Shown here: in pieces, positions 37,008 through 47,490 of the stretch
Numbering within the stretch: the first letter of the stretch is position 1
Layout of the letters: every line of letters begins with the position of its first letter
Virus record (IMG/VR): IMGVR_UViG_3300042315_000201
Source of the DNA: a virus
Length of the DNA stretch: 64,000 nt
Direction: 5' to 3' (one strand)
Program-made: the position numbers and the translations under genes
Notes under the pieces: model-generated
Seen by the model: the letters and a program-made list of their open reading frames with translations, nothing else
Told to the model about the DNA's origin: nothing
The model's database searches: none

Positions 37008-38492
37008 CTATACTGAAGTAAACAATACAAAATTGTTTGCTCCTTGTACACATAAACATCTTTCAGATAAAAAGTGTACTTCCATTGCATCTGTGTCAGA
37101 AGTATAAGCACCCCCAGCAGAACCTAAAACCCAAGTTTTCATTCTACGGTCATCTCCTTGAGAAGCTCTGTAACGAACGTGTAAGAATGGACGACGAATA
37201 TTAGTACCCAATTGCTCATCATATACTGTAGAAGTTCCAGCAGGTATTAAAACCCCATCAATAGTAGCCCCAGTACCGGCAAGCCCACCTCTTGTAGAAG
37301 CGTCATTTAAGTATTTCCAGTCAGTTTTGTAGAAATCGTAAGATCCTCTACGGAAACCTGTAAATCCTAAGTTAAGAGACATTTGCTCAGAGTTTTCGAA
37401 TAAACCGTAAGCTACACCTCCTTGGTTTCCTGCAGAAAGGCCTGCTAACATATCGTCAATTTCCAAAGAAGTAGCTCTGTTTAAGAAAAGCATATTTTCT
37501 TCAATAGCCCCTTGCGTATCTAAGTTTTTCAAGATATTATCAAACGTAGTTAATCCATCTCCAGAACCAGCAACCCCGTTGCTAAATGCAGCAAGTGTAT
37601 TACCTCTTTTTCTAACAGAAGCAAAAAGACCTTCTGTTCCTTTTTTAGCTCCGGCCGTGATAGCCGCCGCAGTACCCAATTCTCCTTCAACTACTGCCAT
37701 TTCAAGATAATCTTCAAAACGTAATCTTGTTTCAGATTCAGCTTTAAGATACCAAAGATACCCACTAGCACCGGCTTCTGTGGCTACTTCAACCCATCCA
37801 ACTTGAGCCATATCAGATCCGTTAACAGTATATTTGTTACGGATGATAATAGGTGAATTGCTGAATTGAGTAAACGCTGGGTCGATACTAATATAAGAGT
37901 CTGCTGTTAAAGTAGAACCTTTAGAATACTCAGAACCGTAAACGAATACTTTACAACCAGTTGTTCCTGTTGCAATACCATTAGTACCATTTGATCCAGT
38001 CACAATAGAAGCTGACAAATAAGGAGCAACTGTAATAGTAACCTCATTTGCTACAACAGCCCCAACAGAAGTTATGATAGCTTTTACTTCACGCCCAGTA
38101 GCTGGATTAATGATAACTACTGTTTGATTTTTTGATAAAACATTTTCTACATTAGCTGTAACTCCGTTATCAGTAACAGAACCTACTGAAAATTTAAAAG
38201 TTGTAGCTGTAACAACTGTTACATTTTTGTAAGCAATGTGTAATCTGTTTTGTTCAGACCAAATAACTTGATCAGATTGCATAGGCATTTCAGCTCCTAC
38301 CATACGTAAGAAACCTGATAATGTTCTATTACCATATCTTTCTACTTCTTGTTCGTAGATTTCTGGTAAATATTGTTTTGCGAATGTTCCGCCACCGTTT
38401 GAAGAGTCAAATGTCAAATAATTTGCTCCGCTTGGTGTTTGAATTTGGCTTGGTACAAGAGTACCAAATGCCGGCGATGTAACTAATGCCAT
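37008..38492 (-). CDS. major capsid protein
   Basis: 494 aa after the scaffold and followed by a terminator; YLPEIYEQEVERYGNRT..FL motif as in crAss-like capsids. Confidence 0.85.
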   Translation of the reverse strand: MALVTSPAFGTLVPSQIQTPSGANYLTFDSSNGGGTFAKQYLPEIYEQEVERYGNRTLSGFLRMVGAEMPMQSDQVIWSEQNRLHIAYKNVTVVTATTFKFSVGSVTDNGVTANVENVLSKNQTVVIINPATGREVKAIITSVGAVVANEVTITVAPYLSASIVTGSNGTNGIATGTTGCKVFVYGSEYSKGSTLTADSYISIDPAFTQFSNSPIIIRNKYTVNGSDMAQVGWVEVATEAGASGYLWYLKAESETRLRFEDYLEMAVVEGELGTAAAITAGAKKGTEGLFASVRKRGNTLAAFSNGVAGSGDGLTTFDNILKNLDTQGAIEENMLFLNRATSLEIDDMLAGLSAGNQGGVAYGLFENSEQMSLNLGFTGFRRGSYDFYKTDWKYLNDASTRGGLAGTGATIDGVLIPAGTSTVYDEQLGTNIRRPFLHVRYRASQGDDRRMKTWVLGSAGGAYTSDTDAMEVHFLSERCLCVQGANNFVLFTSV

Positions 38493-38509
38493 AATTTTTT
38501 AATTTAATG

Positions 38510-39727
38510 TTAAAATTTTCTTTGTTGTATTTTTAGTTTTGAAGAATCAACACCATTAATTGCTTTTACCCTTAGCCCGTTAACAAATATTTCGCCAGAG
38601 CTAGTTTGCCTAGGTTCTGTTGAAATGTTATTAGACTTTGCAACAACTTCTCTTATAGCGTCGGCTTTGCCTTGCTCGTAAAAGTGTTTTGCAATGGTAT
38701 CAGCATTCTCGGCTGCATAGATAGCCTTGTGATAACCTTTTAAATCTACAACATCACCATTATCATTTAAGAACTTCTTAATTAAATTGGTTATGTCGGA
38801 TTGTTTTTCTGCTACAACATCTTTATTTCCAACTCCATATCTAAAATTTTTTTCTCCAACGTTGAAATCAAAACCTTTGAATTCTTGGTTAAATAAACTT
38901 TTAGTATCTTGTTTGAACTTTGAATGTTGCAACTCTACCATCTGTTGCTCCTCATTGTAGCGGTTAAAAAAGTCATCTGCTTTTTGTTGGTCTTGCGTAA
39001 CACCAGGTCTCAACTTGATTTCCTCGTAATATTTACTTTTAAGCCCGTCTAAAAAAATTCTTGCTTTTGCAACCTCTTCTTTAAAAGCGAGTTTCTTTTT
39101 ACGGATGTCTCGCTCTTCGTCCAACTCTTCGTCATATTCAAAAGTGTCTTCCATAAGGAATTCAATCTCTTCATTATCTAAATGTGGACGTGTTTTTTTA
39201 TAATATTCTTTTAATAGTGTTTCATTGTTTACATTTGAATAGTCAGCATTAAGTCTAACATAATCATTAATGTCCCCTCCGGTTTCCTCCATAAAAGAAA
39301 CAAGTTTTTCTATATTCTCTGGTAATTGTTTCCCAGTATATTCAGCTTCACGTACAGCTTCTTTAGCTTCTTGCGTTAATGTAGCCGTTTCGCGAAGAAT
39401 TTCTTCTTCAGTAATTTCATTTAATATCGTTACTTCTTCTTCTTGGCTGGCAATGATTTTATGCTCTTGGTTTCCTTGACCCACTTCTTGCAGTCCCATT
39501 TCGGATCCTTGGCTACCCAACATGCTTTCATTTGTTGTTTGCTCTTGAACGGCATTTGCTTCTGTTGTTTCGTTATTTATAAATACTTTTGTTACGATTT
39601 GATCCACTGGTTTTGAAGACTCTGTATCAGCTATTGTAACTTTAGTTATTTCCTCAACTTTGTTTAATTTTCTTGGGGTGGTTTTTTTAATTTTAAAAGT
39701 TCCTTCCACTTTGGTTTCTTCTGACAT
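38510..39727 (-). CDS. capsid scaffolding protein
   Basis: Highly acidic coiled coil between portal and capsid genes. Confidence 0.7.
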   Translation of the reverse strand: MSEETKVEGTFKIKKTTPRKLNKVEEITKVTIADTESSKPVDQIVTKVFINNETTEANAVQEQTTNESMLGSQGSEMGLQEVGQGNQEHKIIASQEEEVTILNEITEEEILRETATLTQEAKEAVREAEYTGKQLPENIEKLVSFMEETGGDINDYVRLNADYSNVNNETLLKEYYKKTRPHLDNEEIEFLMEDTFEYDEELDEERDIRKKKLAFKEEVAKARIFLDGLKSKYYEEIKLRPGVTQDQQKADDFFNRYNEEQQMVELQHSKFKQDTKSLFNQEFKGFDFNVGEKNFRYGVGNKDVVAEKQSDITNLIKKFLNDNGDVVDLKGYHKAIYAAENADTIAKHFYEQGKADAIREVVAKSNNISTEPRQTSSGEIFVNGLRVKAINGVDSSKLKIQQRKF

Positions 39728-39758
39728 GATATAATATTATAAGATTAATTAATAAAAT

Positions 39759-42176
39759 TTATTTTGGGTCGAACTGGTCCATATCAAACCCATTCAGGTT
39801 ATCAAATCCGGATGATTCAAAATCCTTAGGCATGGTCTTGTTCTGTCTTTGGTCTATTAGCTCTGACTGTTGTGTAGCAGTAGTTTTTAACCGATTATCT
39901 TTACGATCTTCTATTGCGTTAATTTTATTACTCATTGCATCAGCATTAATTTGTGCTAATTTCATTTGGTAACCAAACTCTTCTGCCATTAATAATTTCT
40001 TAATAGAAGCCTCTTGTTCTAACTTCTGAATATCAAATTGCATCTTCGCTTGCAATATTTGTATTTCAGTTTGCGCTAAAGCTTGTTGCTTTTGCACTTC
40101 TGACATAGCCACTTTTTCTGCGGTTTCAGCTTGCGCTTGCGCTTGAGCCTGTATAGTCGCTTGTTGGTTTGCCTGGTCTCTTTCTGCTTTTTTCTTTCTT
40201 TTGTATTTTAAAGATTGGTTAGCTAACTTTAGATTGTGAATCTCTCTTAACTCAATTGCGTCTTCAAGATCAATACTACCAGTCTGTAAAGACATTTGTA
40301 TATTTTGCTCTAACTGCGCTTGCTCTTCTTCATCTGGTTCTAACTCTAAAAATATACCAAAATCGTGTATATCTAATTGCTGAAGTTCTTCCAGTGTTCT
40401 AACATTAGAAACAGAAATACTTTGTATTAAAGCATTAGCGGTAAGCGGGAATTTTAATGAGTCTCCAATTCTTTTAGATATATTCTCACATATCCTAAGT
40501 GTTATATATAGACTTGCGTCTAATATGTGTCTAGTAGCGACATTTGAGTTAGCTGCAGCCATCTTTTGTAACCCTACCAATGAATTAGAATCTGGCATAG
40601 ATCCGTCTCTTGCTTCATTAAGACCGGTTACATCACGTATCATTTGTAAATAATATTGATATGTATTTATTAACGATGAAATTTTAGCGTTACCCGACGA
40701 TGTTTGTAATTCTTGAATAGGTACTTTACCGTGGTTCATACCTCCATCTTGCGCCATGGATCTACCAACAATACTACCAGTTTGAAAATACATATTTAAT
40801 GCCTCCGCTGGATTGTAGTTTGTTCCATTTCCTAAGTCAACTTCGGCTAGCCCGTCCACGTCTACAAAAACTCCATCCGGAACCATTTTAGATAATACTT
40901 GTTGTATCTTTAAATGCGTTAATTGTATCATATCAGCAAAACCAGTTGCTCTACTAACTAATGATTCAATTCTTCCTTTATACATACGCGGAGCGCATAT
41001 TGCATAATTCATTTCTACTCTTGTAGTATCAGCAGCGGGACGAGTCATATTCTCGGCTAGTTCCCATTTAAGCATTTTTTTATGCCCTAATATTTTTGCC
41101 CCTGAATAAAGAACTTCTATACTTCTAGATACTACATCAAAGTTGTCACTAGGGGGCGGACTGAACCCGTCTGTCTTCACTAGAGCCTTTTCTAATCCTT
41201 GTTCTGTTTGTTTTATTTTAAATACTTGGTTTGAATATGTCTTATATTCAAAATACATAACTTGTATTGTATTTGTGTCGTAGTCTTGGTTTGAATACGT
41301 TCTAGAATAATCATTGGTGCCAGGGTACTTTTCGATTTCTTTTACGTCATCGTCACTTAGATTAGGGAATTGTTTTTTTAATTCCTCTAAACTAATAGCT
41401 TTAACTTCACCAACATAATAAATGTCTGAAAAATTAGGATCTTCGGTATAGGAATATACTAAATTAGCAGGGTCAACATAGTCTACTGTTACGCCATTAG
41501 ATTTATTAAAGTTTGTTTTTGCTGCAGCAATACCTAGTACAGTTAGATCGTAGTTAAGTCGTTTAGCTAAATTTGGGAACCTGTTTTTACTAAGAACGTA
41601 ATTTATCACCTCTTCTTCAGCTATCTCAATTGCTTGCTTATAGTTTAATTGTAAGTGTATTTGTAAATGTTCATCATCCTCTGGAAGATTTGAACCATCG
41701 CCTGTAGCGAAAAGATTAGCTCCTAATTCTGCTTGAATTGACTCCAGTAATTCCCTAGCGTCCATATCTCTCATTAAAGCCGCTGTATATTGCGTTTTCT
41801 GAGCCATTGACTGAGGATCTTGTGCAAATGTTTTTATTTTAAATAGTCTGTTAGACATACCGTTAACAACAATATCTACAAACTTTGGTATAACTGGTAT
41901 AGGCTTCCAATCTAAATTCAAATAAGACAGGTCTCCATTAATAGATAACTCATCTTTGTATTTTTGGATATTTTGTTCACCTCTGGCATATAGTCTTAAG
42001 TTGTGAAAGTTTTGCCAGTTAGTACTCCATCTGCCATTACCAACGCTATTCCTATTGCCTTTAAACCATTCTCCTTCTATAGCCATGCCGACAGCATAAC
42101 CATATTCTTCTGATTGTTTTTCTTCATCCGGTACTACCTGACTAGGGAAAGAGCTATTCGTGTTAGTATAAATCAT
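39759..42176 (-). CDS. portal protein
   Basis: 805 aa downstream of TerL, Gln/Ala-rich C-terminal coiled coil; size typical of crAss-like portals. Confidence 0.85.
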   Translation of the reverse strand: MIYTNTNSSFPSQVVPDEEKQSEEYGYAVGMAIEGEWFKGNRNSVGNGRWSTNWQNFHNLRLYARGEQNIQKYKDELSINGDLSYLNLDWKPIPVIPKFVDIVVNGMSNRLFKIKTFAQDPQSMAQKTQYTAALMRDMDARELLESIQAELGANLFATGDGSNLPEDDEHLQIHLQLNYKQAIEIAEEEVINYVLSKNRFPNLAKRLNYDLTVLGIAAAKTNFNKSNGVTVDYVDPANLVYSYTEDPNFSDIYYVGEVKAISLEELKKQFPNLSDDDVKEIEKYPGTNDYSRTYSNQDYDTNTIQVMYFEYKTYSNQVFKIKQTEQGLEKALVKTDGFSPPPSDNFDVVSRSIEVLYSGAKILGHKKMLKWELAENMTRPAADTTRVEMNYAICAPRMYKGRIESLVSRATGFADMIQLTHLKIQQVLSKMVPDGVFVDVDGLAEVDLGNGTNYNPAEALNMYFQTGSIVGRSMAQDGGMNHGKVPIQELQTSSGNAKISSLINTYQYYLQMIRDVTGLNEARDGSMPDSNSLVGLQKMAAANSNVATRHILDASLYITLRICENISKRIGDSLKFPLTANALIQSISVSNVRTLEELQQLDIHDFGIFLELEPDEEEQAQLEQNIQMSLQTGSIDLEDAIELREIHNLKLANQSLKYKRKKKAERDQANQQATIQAQAQAQAETAEKVAMSEVQKQQALAQTEIQILQAKMQFDIQKLEQEASIKKLLMAEEFGYQMKLAQINADAMSNKINAIEDRKDNRLKTTATQQSELIDQRQNKTMPKDFESSGFDNLNGFDMDQFDPK

Positions 42177-42179
42177 CTA

Positions 42180-44399
42180 TTATATTATTTGTGAACTATA
42201 ACCTCGGTTATTATATTTTTTGAAACTTAATTCTACTTTTTCTTTCTTGTAAGGAGTAGAAGGGGAATACAGATGCTTATTGCATGCCATTATCGCAAAC
42301 CCAGAGCTTATAGTTGCATCATGTTTTGTTCTATTGCTTATATTAAATCTAGACCAGTCATTTAATGTTTTTTGGAAATACATATTACCATACCCGCTTT
42401 CTTTATATCCAACATAATCTTCTATATAAGTTTCAATAGCAGACGCGTGCGCTTGTATAATATCTTGGCCCGCTGAAGGTATACCCCCAATTTCTTTTTC
42501 TGTTGGTGATAAATTATTCCAAACTTTGTCGGGGCGGTTCATTGAAAATGGTCTATAACCTCTTCGTTTTAAATAATATAATAATCTAGCCTTATTATTC
42601 TCTGCCAATATTGGCATACCGTAAAACACTAAAGCCATAAGAACTTCTTCAAAAAATATTTCTGAAGTTTGCGGTCTAGCAATATATTCTAAAAAGAAAT
42701 GACTGGGTGGGACATCTTCCATTGAAAACTTAGTTAGCCCATGAAGCGAACCGTTTGATCCTCTTACATCGACTGTTCCTGATATATCATAACTATCGCA
42801 CCCAAATGCGCCTAAGTGTTCATTACCGGGATACTTGAGCCCATCCTTTATTATTACACGGTTTTGAAGATGTTTCGGTGGAACCCATGATATTAGGAAC
42901 CTGCCGTTTTTGTTTGGATAAAATACAACCTTTGAATCCTGAATGCCATTCTCCCATTGGAAACTACCTTGTGTTATAACTTGTGAATTTCTTAGATCAT
43001 CATTATAATCTATTTGCTCATATATTTTTGTAAGATTAAACAAAGATTGTTTTGTCTCGTCTCTGAATGCATGTTGTTCTGTTCTTGGGAACTGACGATA
43101 ATATTCGTTTAATCCATCTTGATCTTGTTTTAAACCGTCAACCTCATTTTGCCAGTGTTCAATAACACCATATTCTATGTAGTTTCCATCTATACCTTTA
43201 ACTGGTTTGTCTGGAGTATCGAATACAGGTATCCCATAAGCATCAATGAATCCTTCGTACGACCATTCCATAGGTATGAACAAACTATATAATCCTGAAC
43301 TAGTTTGTCCATTGCGGTTTCTTTTTGTAACGTCTGAATCATTATATAATCTTTTGAAGTTTTCACCTCCTTTATCTAAAGCATTTGATGTTGAACCCAT
43401 CATACACTTTCCAATAACTCTACTACCTAATCTAAGTGTTGTTTTAGTAACACGCCAGTTATTTAATATGTTATCGGGTCTTTCCCATTTACCGCTTTCA
43501 TCGTGTACTAATAGTTTTAATTTTTCACCATCATAACTATTGTCACCAGTATTCTTCCAGTCAATTGTTGTATCTAATCCTTCAAGGTCTTCTAACTTAT
43601 CATTAGAATCTAATTTTCTTCTTGTTAATTTAGAAGCAGGTATTCTATACGCTAATTCAGTTTTTGGTCTATCCATACCGTCCTGGATAGGTTTGAAAAA
43701 GAATGGATAATTAACCGATATAGGCACCACCTTATCTGTAAACATTTTTTTAGCATCTGCCCCGGACTTTGATAGTATACCAAACCTTGAGTCGCTGGAT
43801 ATTGTCGCTTGATTAACGAGTTCTGCAGAAGACATAAATGAGAATCCAGAACGTCTGTTCTTTAAATAACACATTCCGTAACATCTTGGATCTGCTTTAC
43901 AAGCCTCCCAAAATATAAAGAATAATCTATTTGATTCTCTAAAATCCGCCGCTCCAACATCTATCTTGCTCCATTGCAAGTACATATAATGTGTACCTGT
44001 TATATATGTAGGTTTACCATTGCTATAATAAGTAAAACCTTCATCTCTTCTTTTAAATTCTTGATCTATATAATCATACCAATACTCCTTAAAACTATCA
44101 GGATGTTTGCTCCAATCGGCAACATTTTTAATCTTATCCAATTCTTTAGGATACTTAGCTTGTTCCCAATATTGTTCTTCTTTTGTTTCAGATCGTTTAT
44201 GTACGTCTTCGGCAAAAGGCAATGCAATTCTAAGATTTTGTATTTCATATATTTCACCAATCTTACCTGTCTTACTGACAACAATTACGTCATAGTCTTT
44301 GTCATATCCGTATTTCCATTTATTTAACCTATTGTTTTTTTTAATAACCGTAGGTTTTATATAATCTGGCAATACCTTATATAAAGTTTGTTCGTACAT
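42180..44399 (-). CDS. terL: terminase large subunit
   Basis: Walker A variant LKNRRSGFS, Walker B LLVHDESGK, MGST coupling motif, nuclease GCDSYD and HDATISSG. Confidence 0.92.
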   Translation of the reverse strand: MYEQTLYKVLPDYIKPTVIKKNNRLNKWKYGYDKDYDVIVVSKTGKIGEIYEIQNLRIALPFAEDVHKRSETKEEQYWEQAKYPKELDKIKNVADWSKHPDSFKEYWYDYIDQEFKRRDEGFTYYSNGKPTYITGTHYMYLQWSKIDVGAADFRESNRLFFIFWEACKADPRCYGMCYLKNRRSGFSFMSSAELVNQATISSDSRFGILSKSGADAKKMFTDKVVPISVNYPFFFKPIQDGMDRPKTELAYRIPASKLTRRKLDSNDKLEDLEGLDTTIDWKNTGDNSYDGEKLKLLVHDESGKWERPDNILNNWRVTKTTLRLGSRVIGKCMMGSTSNALDKGGENFKRLYNDSDVTKRNRNGQTSSGLYSLFIPMEWSYEGFIDAYGIPVFDTPDKPVKGIDGNYIEYGVIEHWQNEVDGLKQDQDGLNEYYRQFPRTEQHAFRDETKQSLFNLTKIYEQIDYNDDLRNSQVITQGSFQWENGIQDSKVVFYPNKNGRFLISWVPPKHLQNRVIIKDGLKYPGNEHLGAFGCDSYDISGTVDVRGSNGSLHGLTKFSMEDVPPSHFFLEYIARPQTSEIFFEEVLMALVFYGMPILAENNKARLLYYLKRRGYRPFSMNRPDKVWNNLSPTEKEIGGIPSAGQDIIQAHASAIETYIEDYVGYKESGYGNMYFQKTLNDWSRFNISNRTKHDATISSGFAIMACNKHLYSPSTPYKKEKVELSFKKYNNRGYSSQII

Positions 44400-44674
44400 T
44401 ATCTGGATCTCCCTTCTGCAAAACCTTTAAATGGTTTAGCAACAGTTTCCTTAGAAGCTTCCTCAATCATTTTTGTTTCGTCTTCTATTCTAGCAAGAAT
44501 TTCAAACGCATCGAATATTGCTAATTTTTTTGTTGCTGCTGCATTCTTTAATTTGTCTGCTGATAAATCATCATCGCCATTATTTAATATAGCTTCTTCC
44601 GCAACTTTAATTAGCTCCAATACCGCTTTGTGCCCAGCTTGGATTATATTCAACTTCGTCTCCTTTGTATCCAT
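44399..44674 (-). CDS. putative terminase small subunit
   Basis: 91-aa helical protein directly upstream of and coupled to terL. Confidence 0.55.
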   Translation of the reverse strand: MDTKETKLNIIQAGHKAVLELIKVAEEAILNNGDDDLSADKLKNAAATKKLAIFDAFEILARIEDETKMIEEASKETVAKPFKGFAEGRSR

Positions 44675-45224
44675 ATTTAATTACAATATCATTAGATTTC
44701 ATACAATATAATCGCTGGCCTTCTACAATAAACTCATACTCACCATTAGGGGTATAACCTACTAGGTCGCCAGGATTGATTTTAAGCTTATTTAAGAAGT
44801 CGTTTCCGTATTTTAATATACCAATAAGTTCTCTTTCTTTATCTAGCTTAAAATTATCATTATTTTTTATTGGCTTTACAAAACATCTGTCATTAAATGC
44901 AATCCATTTCTTATCATTTTTGTATAAGTAAATTTGATCTGCATTGCAAAAGTATTGATCATCTCTGAAATATGATGAGCTATTCTTGCTTTTGCCTTTC
45001 ATGTCATAAAACCTTCTAAACACATTATGGTGAATTACTACTAAATCTCCCTCTTTAATTTCTGTTTTGAATGCTAAAGGAGTTGAAATTACAACCGCTA
45101 CATTATTAACAGATTTAAAACTTTCTATTTTCGTATTCAGTAATAATTCTTTATTATCTACCGTAATGCTGTTTTCATATCTTTCGCCTAATGGCTTAAC
45201 TATAAAGTTAAATATGCTTCTCAT
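44607..45224 (-). CDS. tandem two-domain GroES-like co-chaperonin
   Basis: Two GroES-like units: FIVKP...AVVIS...IKEGDLVV and DRCFVKP...INPGDLVGY...GQRLYCMKSNDIV. Confidence 0.7.
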   Translation of the reverse strand: MRSIFNFIVKPLGERYENSITVDNKELLLNTKIESFKSVNNVAVVISTPLAFKTEIKEGDLVVIHHNVFRRFYDMKGKSKNSSSYFRDDQYFCNADQIYLYKNDKKWIAFNDRCFVKPIKNNDNFKLDKERELIGILKYGNDFLNKLKINPGDLVGYTPNGEYEFIVEGQRLYCMKSNDIVIKYGYKGDEVEYNPSWAQSGIGAN

Positions 45225-45450
45225 TATACTCTAAATCGTATTCAACAGAAATTGCCATGTTTGAATTAAATTTCTTCCATGGCATTATCTCATCATCCTT
45301 CTTTATATGAATATTATAAGAATTTTCTAATTCATTAAACAATATATGGGAAATCTCATGACCCCCATATACTGTTTGTCCTATAGAATAGTGCATTGCA
45401 TCATTCTTATAATCTGAACCTATACTTATTTTTCTTATAACAGAACTCAC
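45208..45450 (-). CDS. conserved hypothetical protein
   Basis: 80 aa, IRKISIGSDYK.AMHY motif; overlap-coupled. Confidence 0.65.
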   Translation of the reverse strand: MSSVIRKISIGSDYKNDAMHYSIGQTVYGGHEISHILFNELENSYNIHIKKDDEIMPWKKFNSNMAISVEYDLEYNEKHI

Positions 45451-45452
45451 AA

Positions 45453-45722
45453 TTAGTCCTCGCTTAAATTGGTAGATCCACTTTCTTTTACAATTTCTGT
45501 ATAAGAACCGTCTTGTAGGTTAATATTAATTGGCCCATATTCTGCCTCAATCTCAGCTTTAAAATCCTCAATGGATTTGTTTAAATCCGCTAATTGATGC
45601 AAGTAACCATGTTTTTGCGATTCCACAATACCGATATTAACCAATATAGCCTGTAAATCTTTTTGGCCTGCATTAATTTTTTCTAATTGTTCTGCTGTAA
45701 TTTTTTTAATTTCTGTTTCCAT
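45453..45722 (-). CDS. coiled-coil hypothetical protein
   Basis: 89 aa, predicted long helix then EYGPININLQDG. Confidence 0.65.
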   Translation of the reverse strand: METEIKKITAEQLEKINAGQKDLQAILVNIGIVESQKHGYLHQLADLNKSIEDFKAEIEAEYGPININLQDGSYTEIVKESGSTNLSED

Positions 45723-45771
45723 TTTATTTGATTTGATTGTTTATATATGTAATTACGTATTATAATTTATT

Positions 45772-46302
45772 TTAGTTTACTTTTTTAGCCAGTCCAAATT
45801 GCATAAGGTCTTTTTTATCGGCCTCGTTAAGATCTTGTTTTGCGCCTGTTCTAATATTAACATAATTAGCTGATCTATTACGGCTACTCATATTAGCGGT
45901 GCTGTCCGCTTTATATCCAGCATATAAATCCTCTTTAGTCTGAGATTTATTATTTCGATAATTATAATATGCCGGATTTGTTTTATTCTCCATTCCCGCA
46001 ACAACTGATTTACGTATCACTTTCCCTCCACTTACAACTTGGTCCGGAGTATCCCCTTTACCTTTAACATACCTAGGCTCATAAGCATCTGCTTCTTGCG
46101 AGCCAGTTGTTTCATTTAGTGTTGTAGCGCCAAACTTTCCTTTATTATTACTAATTCCCTCTTTTATTGATTTTTGGCTTTTAGTATAGTTGCTTGTTTT
46201 TTCAATTTCTGTATTAGCAGCAGAACCACTATTTAAACTTGTAGGTAAACCCGCTCCTGTTTTAGGACCGTTACCTCTTCCTGGTGTTGGAGTATATGCC
46301 AT
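45772..46302 (-). CDS. basic hypothetical (possibly internal capsid) protein
   Basis: 176 aa rich in K, N, G and S. Confidence 0.6.
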   Translation of the reverse strand: MAYTPTPGRGNGPKTGAGLPTSLNSGSAANTEIEKTSNYTKSQKSIKEGISNNKGKFGATTLNETTGSQEADAYEPRYVKGKGDTPDQVVSGGKVIRKSVVAGMENKTNPAYYNYRNNKSQTKEDLYAGYKADSTANMSSRNRSANYVNIRTGAKQDLNEADKKDLMQFGLAKKVN

Positions 46303-46303
46303 A

Positions 46304-46435
46304 TTATTTTTTCTTTTTAGCTTTTGCTTTTTCTTTCATTTGGATTTTTTTGCCTTCACCTTTTTCGTGTTTGGCCATTGCCGCTTTAGAACCGTATTTT
46401 TCACCAGTAGCTTTTTCTGTAACCATTTTTTTCAT
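46304..46435 (-). CDS. 43-aa Lys-rich peptide (not in ORF track)
   Basis: MKKMVTEKATGEKYGSKAAMAKHEKGEGKKIQMKEKAKAKKKK*; fills the gap exactly. Confidence 0.6.
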   Translation of the reverse strand: MKKMVTEKATGEKYGSKAAMAKHEKGEGKKIQMKEKAKAKKKK

Positions 46436-46440
46436 AATAA

Positions 46441-46617
46441 TTATTCTTCAGTTTTGTTAATATTTTTTTTATCCGTATATAACGCCATCCATCTGTTAAT
46501 TGTGTAGCCAATTGAAACAACTAACAACATTATTTTTAATATTGGCTCTATTGCGGTCATACTTACAACCATTGCGGTGCTGTTAAATAAATATATTTTT
46601 AAATCAGTATGCCCCAT
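46441..46617 (-). CDS. 58-aa membrane protein (holin-like; not in ORF track)
   Basis: MGHTDLKIYLFNSTAMVVSMTAIEPILKIMLLVVSIGYTINRW...; hydrophobic core and basic tail. Confidence 0.55.
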   Translation of the reverse strand: MGHTDLKIYLFNSTAMVVSMTAIEPILKIMLLVVSIGYTINRWMALYTDKKNINKTEE

Positions 46618-46834
46618 TAGATTTGTTTTTTACTCTTTGAGTAATTGCGCAACCACACGCCATTGGTTTGTCGTTGTTTAAGATAATCCCGTCTTTCCCG
46701 GAACTTGATCCTTTACCTTTTGGCAAATGGTCAGTATTAAAAGGACCGTTCCATAAAGCATTAGCACCAACTCCTGAAGTTTTAGCTAGTTTGTCATGTG
46801 AGTCCATCGGGTGTGTTTTAATATTTAAGTTCAT
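46604..46834 (-). CDS. hypothetical protein
   Basis: 76-aa Gly/Lys-rich ORF in the late operon. Confidence 0.55.
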   Translation of the reverse strand: MNLNIKTHPMDSHDKLAKTSGVGANALWNGPFNTDHLPKGKGSSSGKDGIILNNDKPMACGCAITQRVKNKSNGAY

Positions 46835-46863
46835 AATTATTGTATTTGTATATTGTTATTTAA

Positions 46864-47478
46864 TTATACGCTTGTAGTCGCATTTGGATCTATAGGCAAA
46901 GCCGCTGGATCAATTGTAGTTGTTGCAGGCGGTGCAGGTTCTACCCCACTGACTGCTTGTATTGTCGCTTGGTTGCTCATAGCTGTAGGGCTTATAGGAG
47001 TCGGGGTTAATTGGTTAGATGTTTCCATAATTGGGAGTGGTGTTGATGGTGGCATTGGTGTTTGTATTTGGGTTGTTGATGGCGGCATTGAAGCTAGCCT
47101 AGGGGCACTCGGCGTCATCGGCGTTTGCGCCGGGTTAATTGAACGCTGTAGGCTATTTTGCATCGTAGCATTAAAGTGACTTTTAAGCGAGGCTGCAGTC
47201 CGTAAACTTTCATTTTTAAAAGCATTTGCCTGTTTAATTCTTTCAATAAATCCAATAGGTCTTGTTCTGGTAGCATTGCCAAATGGAGACATAACCCTAT
47301 TAAATGCCTGTGCTCTTGCGGCAACTTTTGCTGCTTGACGAGTTTGAAAAGCATTTTGCACAGCTCCGCGAATAGCCCCCACAGTTCCGCCTCTCCCAAA
47401 GAAGTTATTGTTTCCACGGCTAGAACGACCGTTAAAGTTGTTCAGACCTCCCATTATTCCGGCTGTTACAAATGCCAT
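46864..47478 (-). CDS. low-complexity hypothetical protein
   Basis: 204 aa with basic Arg/Gly N-half and Pro/Thr C-half. Confidence 0.55.
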   Translation of the reverse strand: MAFVTAGIMGGLNNFNGRSSRGNNNFFGRGGTVGAIRGAVQNAFQTRQAAKVAARAQAFNRVMSPFGNATRTRPIGFIERIKQANAFKNESLRTAASLKSHFNATMQNSLQRSINPAQTPMTPSAPRLASMPPSTTQIQTPMPPSTPLPIMETSNQLTPTPISPTAMSNQATIQAVSGVEPAPPATTTIDPAALPIDPNATTSV

Positions 47479-47490
47479 ATTACTTATTTT

